Positions 1 to 13,775 of a DNA stretch of 64,000 bases are shown piece by piece. Below the pieces are notes generated by a model. That model did no database searches and was not told the origin of the DNA. It saw only the letters and a program-made list of their open reading frames with translations. Each line of letters opens with the position of its first letter. Position 1 is the stretch's first letter. The translations under genes were made by a program, and so were the position numbers. The DNA comes from Paramecium tetraurelia (taxonomy: Eukaryota). The stretch spans positions 310,001 to 374,000 of the forward strand of contig CT868207.1 in assembly GCA_000165425.1 (NCBI GenBank). Reading direction: 5' to 3'.

Positions 1-1189
1 ATTTGATAGTATATATTCAATTCTTTATTGATAGAGAAATTAGGTTTTCTTTAAAGATTCTAATCCATCAACCAAAACTATAACAAGTTTTGCCAATTTG
101 TTAACATTTGAATAATCAACATAATCAATCAAATCATCTGGGAGATTTAAGACACCTTATTTAGAAATGTTTGTTGGTAATGATTTTATATCATCTCGAA
201 GCAATTGATAGTACCTCTATCTATTGGTGTGCCACATGTATCCCATTAGTTGCCAATAAGGTATTTTCTTAACTAGATAAATATCATACATATTATTATT
301 TTTGCATTTGTTCCATATCCAAATCCTCAATAATTTACTTCAAATAGAAATAGCAAAAAAATAAAATTAGCTCCTGAGGATTATGCTATAAAGTGAAATA
401 GATTTCCGATCTTGACTTTTGACTATATAATGCCAGATTATCTCTAAAATGAATCAAAGTTCCAATATTATTCGATTATGATTAAGCTAAAATAAATACT
501 ATTTAAATGTCTATACCTTCAATTTATTGTTCTTGAAGAATATCACTTATAATTTTGTTCATGTTATTGTAAGCATCCCAAATTTTGAGGACATCTTCAA
601 ATATTTCTTAAGGAATTCCTGGGTCTACACGAAGGGCGGGCTTCTTTTTGGGCTCTATGTTGAATAATCCTTGGTAGGCTGTTAAATATTCATCCAAAAT
701 AGGGAAGGATACTCTACCTTGTTATACGTAAGTAGGATAAAGCTATTAAAATTCAGTAAGCTTTTTGATTTTGTCTCCTTATGGTTGAACTGTTTTTTAA
801 AAGAAATCTTGTATTTAATTGTACTGTTTCTTTTTTTCAGGTATTGAATCCTTTATTTTTCTCTACTCAATTCTCTCTAGGCAAGAAAAGCAGTGCCATT
901 TAATTCCATCCTTAATTTGAGGCTCTTTGCTCTATGTGCGTATACATTCCTAATGGTACTTGAAATGACAACGAATGCAAATAATAGTAGGCGCAGTCAT
1001 TGTCAATGCTTTACATAGTCGACATATAGACTTATCACCAAACTACAGTTTTCCGTCAATAGACTTTTTGGGTTCTTACTTATAGTCGAGTTTCATTTGC
1101 TTAAGAACCTTCTTGCTTGTAGCTTGTTTTGAATCTTATGCGATTTCATTTTCATGATTTGTTTTTTGAGGTGGTTCTTAACTGCTCAT
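1..1189 (-). CDS. PHD finger + DDT-like + WHIM1-like chromatin protein (ACF1/BAZ-type ISWI partner candidate); 3' end runs off window
   Basis: Ciliate-code translation MSSQEPP...CRLC..TIICIRCHFKYHQEC..WHCFSC (C4HC3 PHD), then FPILDEYL..KKPALRVDPGIPQEIFEDVLKIWDAYNNM (DDT-like) and KLAKLVIVLVDGL (WHIM1-like). Confidence 0.75.
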
Positions 1190-1445
1190 TCTAGCCGAAG
1201 CCTGTGAATTATTTGAATTTATTTACTAGATTCAACGAAGCGCTATAAATAATTCCTATAAAGCTAATTAATTTTATATTATTTGCTGAAAGTAATTTAA
1301 GAATTCTCTAAAATTTTTGGCCACTTGTTGAACTCCTTTTAACTCTTAAGAATTTGAGGTTTCAACTTATTAAGTATCACCTAACCAGCATATGTATTTA
1401 AGTGGTTTTAAAATTATATATTTCTAGTACTATTTTTATTATAAA

Positions 1446-2490
1446 ATGCTGCGAAATTTAATGAAGATAGTTATGAGAAGTTCAATCTAAAGAAATTCAA
1501 AGGGAAACATGATATAAGTTGTTAAGGTATTCAATAAATTTGAAATAGAGAGTTCAAATAGTTGATTTTTGATACAAGACAACAATTCACTTAATTAAAT
1601 GGAGAATAATTAAGTTGCGTTGTAGATCTAATGAAGCAGGATTAATTAGTCGACGATGACAACACTGACTATTTATTGATAACAATTAAGAATGTTGAAG
1701 ATGAATAAACCAGATATTAACTTTTAGATAAGATAATTATGCCAACTTCAAACTTGGCAAAAGAATAAGTGAAAGAAATAGAATAGATCATTGAGAGTTG
1801 CTAATAACATGCCATGGGATTGTCAATTATGGGCAAGATGATTGCATTTTATAACTATTAGAACAGATAAATAATGAATAAATTTGTTAATGAATTTGGT
1901 GTAACTAAAACAAATGCAGAATAATTGGGTGCAGCCTCTATTGGTTTAGCATTGGGATAATATAAGGACAAGTGATTATGGGAAGATATAGCCTCACATT
2001 GCTTAAAGTTGGAGAAGGACTTTCATTCTTATATGCGCATAGCAACAGGAATGGGATTGACAAATAATGGTAATGTTGAATTTTGGAATGATTTTATTGA
2101 ATAATTTAGAATATAATTAAAAACTATAAATGAAGATCTATTCACTTAATCTCTACAAGTTATAACCCAATAAAATGTTACTTCATTAGAATTATACGAA
2201 GCAGAAATAGAATACTATATTATTAATTCCACATTAGAATTGAAAACATAATGTCTATCTATGTAACTATGGCGAGAAAATAATTAGGATCATAATAATT
2301 ATACTCCAAATTAGAACAAGATATCTATGAAATGTAATTGTCTGGAGATGATCTAATTTTATACTTGATTGAGCTGATGTAAGTAAAGGATAGATTACCA
2401 AATTAGGCTCTCAATGTTTTAATAGCCAAGGCATATTCGGAAAGTTAAAATTAAGAATTAATTGATAAATTAACAAATTTGATAAAATGA
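1446..2490 (+). pseudogene. Disabled gene for a mitochondrial-type helical-repeat (FASTK/OPR/HPR-like) protein
   Basis: Presequence-like MLRNLMKIVMRS; repeats such as LALGQYKDK*LWEDIA, MGLTNNGNVEFWNDFI, MARKQLGSQQLYSKLE; in-frame TGA at 1973-1975, a frameshift near 2255-2260, probable further shifts near 1480-1515; terminal TGA 2488-2490. Confidence 0.7.
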
Positions 2491-2536
2491 AGTTTAGTTT
2501 TAATATTTATATGAAATTTACAACAGAATTAAATCA

Positions 2537-5787
<3,251 letters not shown>

Positions 5788-5867
5788 AAATAAATATCTT
5801 TTTTATAAAATATATTCCTATACAATTTAAGGGAATTCCTAGTAATATAATATTTTCAAATATAGTT

Positions 5868-7369
5868 ATGAGAACCGCTAATTCAAATTAGGCATAATCA
5901 TCTCTCCCAGATAGTAATGAAATCAATGAATATATTAAGGAGTACTTAAAATACTCTAATTATTCCAATACCCTGGAATGCTTTGAAGCAGAAATTAAGA
6001 GCAAATAGGTTTCCAATAAAGTACATAATTAATATTGAACTCTAGATGCTAAATAAATAATAAGTTATTAAACAAACAGGAGAGGATTTACCTCGTATAT
6101 TTTAATTGTTAAAAAGTGATAATATGAAAACAAAAAGGGAAATCAATTTAGAAAAGGAATAAAAGCAATTTAATAAAAAATACTAATAAATTTTATAAGC
6201 AGGCAGATAGATATTTTCAGTCAGTATAAACCTATTGCAATTATTGCATTCATTAAAGGAGACAGCAAAAAATGAGAATCTTAGCGAAACTTTAGAGAAT
6301 TATAAAATTTAGTTAGGAAAATATCATAAAGTAATAATTAATGAAGGTAAGCCTGAAGGAACAGAATTAATTACTGAATAAGTTATGCATGAGCATAAAA
6401 CTAAGCTATTTAAGAATTATTAGGATAAGAATGTTGATGGCATGATAGAGGTATTGCTTTCATTAAGGGTAAATGCATTATAAATTGCACCAGAATTAAG
6501 AAAAAATTTGGTCTATGAATTGATTAGAAATGATGTATTTAATATCGAAGCCACTGAAAAATTTGACTTTGTAGTTAATTTATTGGATATTAATAACCAA
6601 AGCCTTAGACATGCAATAGCAAGTTTAATTAGTGTAATTAGTAGTACTTTAAGGGGAGTTGAATATTTAACCTATAATGGAAACATGATAATAATAGAAA
6701 AAATAATAAAAATTTTAAAGGAATAAGAAAACGGTTCTGTGACATAAAGATTTTGTTTGGCAATTTTGTAGAAGGCTAGTATTAAAGACACTGTAATTCC
6801 AACTTATGTACATAATGAAATGATTTAATGGATTGTGAACTTAATTTAAAAGTCGGTTAATGCTAAGATTCATGTTTTTTGCCTTGACTTTGCTTCTGCT
6901 ACTTTAGCAAATATTATACACACTCCATATACTTTATAATATTTGGAACATTAACCTAGATTTTCACATCAGGTGATGGAATAGTTATTGAAATTCATTA
7001 AAGATTAGATTTAAGTTTCAGTTTTGATGCATGTTTTGATTTGTTTGTCCTATCTGAGTAAAGAGAATTTTGCTAAATAAATGCAAGAATGCAAGTTTGT
7101 AGAAAGGATAAGTGAATTTGTTGAATATTACAGTGTAATCAATACAGGTAATTTGATAAATTTCTATTTCATAAGAAAACGAGGCAGCTGAAATTGACAA
7201 AAAAACAGTTTTAGACTTGTGTGCTCATATGTTCCATCCAAAAGATACTTCCCTTGATAATTCTGAGACTTTGGAATTAAATGAGTTAAAAACTGAAGAT
7301 AGGATTAGAGAATATGAGAATGAACAAGGTGAATTAATATTCGAATGTTTTCAAGATGAAGTAAGTTGA
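5868..7369 (+). CDS. ARMC9: LisH + armadillo ciliary protein, ARMC9 homolog
   Basis: INEYIKEYLKYSNYSNTLECFEAE (LisH); SVTQRFCLAILQKASIK..EMIQWIV resembles the ARMC9 ARM region; two tiny introns; TGA 7367-7369. Confidence 0.8.
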
Positions 7370-7597
7370 ATATTTATATTTAAATTTTATTAAAATATTC
7401 ATTCAATATTAAAAAATTATTATTTTATAATATCTTACACTCTTCTTAAGATTTCATTAAACCTTTACATTTATACATTTTTTAAGAATAAATATTACAT
7501 TTGTATATTATAGTATTGAGATTTTAATTGTTCAAATATTAAAAATGAATAATGCTAATTTTTTCACTAATTATTTTTTTACAGATTTGTCTGCCTC

Positions 7598-8184
7598 ATG
7601 AACTTCCCAGAAAAATAAAAGGATGGTAAGCTAGTGTAGTAAGCGGATCGAGAGACAAATTAAATCAAAAAGAGAAAACCTATTGATTCAGATACCAAAA
7701 CTAATCTGATACATAGTGTAGTTAAAGATCACTTACCAATTTATTAAGTATCAATTTTATTATCATTGCTTAGGCAGCCATTATTCATAAGGTTAAATAT
7801 TCATCTGCTAAACATATATTAAGAAATTACTACAGTGATACTGCTAATTATTTCTCAGCACAGAAGAAGAGAAGAAGAAAGATAATATGTGGAGGAGCCT
7901 CGATCTTAGTAAACTCTAACACTGGAGATATCATAATATATTCTTAGTAAAGTTAACCGATTCCATATTTAAACAATGGTGTCAATGCCTAAATCAAATA
8001 AAAAGTCCTTGATAATCTAGGCTTATCTATCAATTCAGAACTCACCTACAAAAACTCTTAAAAGTTTTTAATGAAATAAAATTTTAAGTCCATAAAATAA
8101 GATATTAAAGATGAGAAAATAGAAGACAAACTATTGTCTCTTTTGAGGACACTTAATAAATAACACAAAGAAATGGTTTCATGA
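7598..8184 (+). CDS. Ciliate helix-turn-helix DNA-binding protein
   Basis: KRKPIDSDTKTNLIHSVVKDHLPIYQ|AAIIHKVKYSSAKHILRNY with a 26-nt phase-0 intron; start codon uncertain. Confidence 0.7.
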
Positions 8185-8914
8185 TATCAATTACATACCT
8201 TTATAATATATGTTCTATTTAAATATATTAGAATTTCTAATGAATATGTTTGGATTTTGATTAATAAAATAAGATATTTTGTGATGAATATAAAAATGAT
8301 TTGTTAAAAATTCAATAATAAAAATTAGCTATACTTAATTATATATTATTGTTAAAAATTCATATTAATAAAATTTCCCATTCTTCCCCTAAGTTTTTGA
8401 AGCAGTTTCAATCTCGGTAGATTAGTAATAAGAATTTAACTTATTCCTATACTGCACTTTATTCACAATTTTAATAAAAAAAATTTAGTAATTAGTTACT
8501 AATTTCCCCTTAACTTAATTCAATTAATTGTTAAATCAGCTTACATCATTTCTTGATAAGTTCCAAAATTTAATAAAACAATTCTTAAATTAATCTAAAA
8601 TTTAATAACTTTGACTATTCTATCCGAAAAGAAAATTTTGATTATTTCAATCAAATTATGGTCTTAGGGTGTTTGTATCAAAATAAAAGTTCTTTTATCA
8701 TAGTTATACCACCTTGAAAGTAACTTTATAAAATATTAATTTATGATTTATATCAGTTCTTATTTTATATATTATATTTGAATAAGAAACTTGAATTTAT
8801 GGAAAGATCTAATATTCAAATAAAAACAATTTACAGACAAAAGAATTCATTATTAAATAAAATATATCATATAGCATATCAATATCAATATGAATTTTGT
8901 TTTATAGAATCTCA

Positions 8915-9926
8915 TCATAGTTAAGAGTACAATATTGAAAACCATGTTTTTTATGAAATTGTTAATTAACTTTACTAAGTAAATCTAACCCAATCTCCGT
9001 TATAGTTCTCTAATTTTAGCCCTCCTATGCTCAAACCCCTTTCTTATGCATATTTATAATAATTTCTATCCTGAAAATCAAAGATTAAATCTTAAGCATT
9101 TATCTTTGAATATAAACAAATATTTTACATACTCAAAATACATTTCCAGCTGATATATGAATAATTTTTATCTAATAAACTCAACAAAAAAAGGTCTTCC
9201 GATATTTAGTATTTTATAAGGGTCTTAATATAAATTTCTTTTCTTTGAGTTTATTAAATAATAGTAAAAATTATAAAAATAATTATGAAAGTTGAAAATA
9301 AAGTGAAAAATTTTATTAGGTACATTTAGCAATGAAATATATTCCATTTAGAAATGCTGGCATATCAGATTTAATTAATCAGAGTTCAAATTTTTAAGGT
9401 TGAATTATTATTCGAATAAATTCTTTTTCAGAATAAAGATTTCTTTTAATTAAGTAGCATTATTAAAATTTTTAATGATATTTTATTGCTAAAATAATAG
9501 CTTTGAGGCCATTTTTTATTGAATTATTTTTTAGTTTTATCGCTACTAATACTAATCCTCAAATAAAAAATTTGTGGGTATTGCATTTGGAAATAAATAT
9601 GCATACATTGGTAAATAAGCAACCGAACCTGGTAATAGAAATATGAATAGGAAAGGAAAAACTTTGAACAATTCTCTATCAATATGAAATTTCAGGTATA
9701 ATTAGTAAGCATTTAACCTGTCTCCAAATGATCTTGTTAATTAAAAGTCATTATAACAAGATTTGACGCCCTAATGGATAAATTTTATGTTTACATGTTT
9801 TAAAGTCCCAAAAAATAGTTGTCCACCCACTTTAATTTTATCTACAATTGTTTTGGGTTCTGAAATTGTAACAATTTTATTATAATTCAAGACTTAGAAT
9901 TGTAATTTCCTAAAATTTTTAATCAT
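8915..9926 (-). CDS. LETM1-family mitochondrial inner-membrane protein (short, LETMD1-like)
   Basis: ELFKVFPFLFIFLLPGSVAYLPMYAYLFPNAIPTNF matches the LETM1 TM signature; LNLICQHF and YAQERGL motifs; 25-nt intron 9104-9128; frame checked to TGA 8915-8917. Confidence 0.75.
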
Positions 9927-10407
9927 ATTAATGAATTAATTTATATAGGCAATTAATATTACATGCCAGCAGAATTTCCAAATTCTATTTAAGTATGTAG
10001 TTAATTATAATTATGGTTGATAAGGTAATTGAAATAAATAAATAAAACAAATGTTAATGGAAGTTTAGATAAGTAACTTTGTATTTTTTATATATTATAT
10101 TATTCTTAATCAAATAAACCTGATATTCATATAGGAACAAATTCTATTATACATTTCGATACAGATAATCTTTACAATTATAAAAGGTTCTAGTGTTTGA
10201 GATTTCAATCTAAATTTGACTTTTTGTCAATTATTATATTTTTTGTTCTTCAGTTATTTTAAATGAATGAACTATCAGTCTAAAGTAATGGAATTTGATT
10301 TCTGTAAATTCAATCTTTAAAAGTGATAATGTCCTAATTTTTAGTTTCTGGAAAAGCGTAAAAAACAAAGAAATAATTAGCAATATATATTATTAATAAA
10401 TTTTTAT

Positions 10408-11444
10408 ATGTCAATTCGTTAAGAGTAATATTGTCAAATTTTATAATAGGTCAGATCTTAGTTGTGAACTCCTGAGGTCCACATTATAGGATATTAATAA
10501 TAGATTAAATAATTTACAATAATGTGTTCCAAATCCTCATAATAGAAGAGATAAAATGTAGAAAGAAGCAACAATCCCTAGATTAAATTTGCACAAAATC
10601 AATTCAGCGTACAAAGAAAATTAATTACCATTAAAGAAAGTGACAGCCACTTTTGGTGATAAAATAGAATAGGTTCAAAAAATAGATGAAAAAAATTTAG
10701 AAGAAATATCAAAGAAACCTTAAATAAAAATGATGGCTTAATAAACGCCATAAAAATTAAGAAGCCAATCAATCAATGGTTCATAAAAAGCACTAACTAA
10801 TTAGAACAATCATTCAATTTAATTCAAAGTATCTAATGCATCAAGATTATAAAATTCTTATGATTTTTAATATTACTAATCATTACATCAATCTCATGAG
10901 AAACCTTTAAAATCTTCATTTATTGGTAGTTAATACAATTAAATAGCATAAAAAGATGAAACTGTTGAATATGTTCAACCAACTCTTCTATAAAAACCAA
11001 TCATTTTTGATTAACAGTAATAAAATGTGCAAACTAGAAACAATTCTTTATTATCTACACCGGTTAAGTAGGTAGCAAATGTTTCATAAGGATAAACTCC
11101 ATTAAGAAGAGGGAATTCATCTACAAATTAAAAACTGATGCAAACCAATTTAAGTTAGAATCAATCTTATTAGTGTTTTTAAGTTTAACAATAGAAATAA
11201 TAATAATAAAATTCAGATTTAATTAAGTAAATTATAATAGTATTATCATAGATTATTGTAAACCCATTCTAACGGATATCAGTAATCGTAGATACAATAT
11301 CATTCAGTTTAAAATCCTATGAACTCTTGCTTAAATTCCTAAAACATGGCCCAATTCAAGGTATCCCATCATAGAAATGCTTCAAATAACATGAGGGTTC
11401 CAATGGAATAAATGCTATATGGAAATTCAATGGTTAGATTATGA
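10408..11444 (+). CDS. Hypothetical Q/N/S-rich low-complexity protein
   Basis: ATG, 25-nt intron, then a long frame open in the ciliate code ending ..NSMVRL-TGA. Confidence 0.6.
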
Positions 11445-11588
11445 TTTTATAAATACTATTTCTTATCGTTTCAAATGATTATTATTCTTTTTGGGAATTG
11501 ATATCTTATGAGAATTATTGTCATTTGATTTATAATAAAAGTACATAATATAAATCAGAATTTTCAAAAACGCTTAGTTTATTAATTA

Positions 11589-12875
11589 ATGAAAATTTTA
11601 GTAGCATTAGTAATTGCCTTGTGCTTGTTTACACATCCCATTGTGTGTAAGAAACATTACAATGAGGAGGAACACTCTGCGTTTGAGAAGAGTAAAACTT
11701 TATGAGAGATCATAGGCCACAAAAAACTGTCACTATAGGACGATCCTTCATATTCTAAATTAGAGGAAATTTAAGACCATCCACTTGGTTCAAAAATATT
11801 ACAGACAATAGCCTTGTAATTGAGAGGAAATGAATCATTAAGTGCTGTGAGTAAATTGCTAAACGACTTAAAGGGAGATTTGGAAGTACAATTATATTGT
11901 AATTTGAATAGGGTAAATAAATTGATGCTGACAATGAAAGAGCATAGATCGGATCTTAATGCAAGAAAGATCTTTAAAATTATAGTCAAAGAATCAGTTT
12001 GTCAATTAATGAAATTAAAGATGCTGAGTTTAAAGCAAAGAGATTAAATGAAGCAATAGCAGTTTATTAGGCAGAAATAAATGAGAAAGCCAGATAAATT
12101 AAAGTATTCTAAGCCAAAGATGATACCTTAAGAGACATTAGAAGATAAGATAATTTAGATTTCTCAACAAGAACAACTTAAATGAAAGAGATGGTTCAAG
12201 CATTCGAAGTTATCCTTCCAAAATTGCATTAAGTTTGGGATGTAGCTGCATAACACAAAGCTGGATCATTCATTGAGGAAGAGGCAATCAATGAAGCTTT
12301 AGTTTAATTAGCCAAAATTGGGTATCTCTCTTATATAAGTTTAAAGTGAAGAAAACCCAATCACTGCTATGGTTGCATTAACTTCAACATTGGAACCAAC
12401 AGCTGTTCAAACTTTAATTGAAAAAATGGAAGCAATCAGAGATTCAATTAAGGAAAGTATCAAAGCTGAAGAAGATGCAGAAGCAAAGAATGCCAGAGTA
12501 TGAATATTCTCAATGTTTTTAGGATACAGATACTATTTTAGCAGCTATCTTTAATGCCATTGAAAGTTTGACAAGAGAAAAAGCAAGTGATGAAGAAGCT
12601 TTATAAGAGACAATTAGAAATAGAGATATATAAGATAAGAGATCTAGAGATGCTCATGCTGTACTGAATATTTTAATTTAATAAATTAGGAGTTCAATGC
12701 AGCCAAGAATGGAAATCAATAAAGAAACTAATAATGCTAGGAGTATGAATTACAATACCAATAAAATACTATCGAAAGAGATAAATAGATTGCTATCATT
12801 AGAGATGTCTAAAATATCATCGCAACAAAGATAGAAGTAGTAACCTGCTTCGTGGAGGAGAATAATTTATTCTGA
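11589..12875 (+). CDS. Trichocyst matrix protein precursor (TMP/GRL family)
   Basis: Signal peptide MKILVALVIALCLF; LEEIQDHPLGSKILQTIALQLRGNESLSAVSKLLNDLK..QCKKDLQNY; coiled-coil acidic proprotein; about 5 tiny introns. Confidence 0.88.
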
Positions 12876-12920
12876 ATAATATGATAATTATTAAGCATTA
12901 ATCAACAGTACCTAAAATTT

Positions 12921-13448
12921 TCATTAATAGTAAGCTAAAGAATTATTATATGATTCCCATGGTTGTAAGGCTTCAATTAAAGAAGGTTCAGTTATTGCTT
13001 AAGTTTCAACAATTTTCGGTTTTTGTTTTTACTTTTATTTTTATTTTTGTAACAATTATTATGGTAAAACTATGTTAAATTCTTTTTGAGGTTATGTATA
13101 ATGCTTATATTGTTATCCGTAGTAAATTGATTCTTCCATAGATTCAACCCTTCTTTTTTCTGGAACTTAGTTGATTTATTATTAATTGATTATGCATTTA
13201 TTATAGGTCTGTCGATATGTGTTGTTATAATCATATTTTAAAGAATTAGATCTTAACTTATATTTTTTGTCACCATTAATTTGGGATTTTAATTAGCAAT
13301 TTAATCTTGGTGATTATTAAAGGTTCATCTTGCTCACATAAATTGGACATCCTACTTTTTTGTAATTATTGGCTCTGATTTAAGTTTTTCGAATAAAGAG
13401 TTAATAGGTTACACCTGGGCTCTTTGAAATATTCTAAAAAGTCTCCAT
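12921..13448 (-). CDS. Hypothetical protein
   Basis: Uninterrupted frame METFQNISKSPG...LQPWESYNNSLAYYQ-TGA. Confidence 0.6.
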
Positions 13449-13775
13449 AAGTTTCAATTTCAAAAGGATAAATTGTAATTTATCTATAATTGTTTTTGAA
13501 ACAAAAAATATAAAGTTGAATAATTAAAACTATGGACATCTATAATTACTATTCTTTAATCAATTATATATTTTTGATACAATAATTAAAACAATACAGA
13601 ATGACTTTATTATTTGATAATATATGAGGATCTATATAATAAGTTAAAAATGTGAGTAACATTTTACCAATTACTAGCAAAATGTAAAAGAAAATCTCAA
13701 AAGATAAACTATTAAGAAAGAGAATCAAAAAATAATATTAAAGCTAAATTACAATAGTTTAATACAAATTTATAC

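Noticed and set aside
1973..1975. In-frame TGA as selenocysteine or programmed readthrough
   Set aside because: Not a redox motif, no SECIS recognised, and the same gene has frameshifts, so pseudogenisation is simpler
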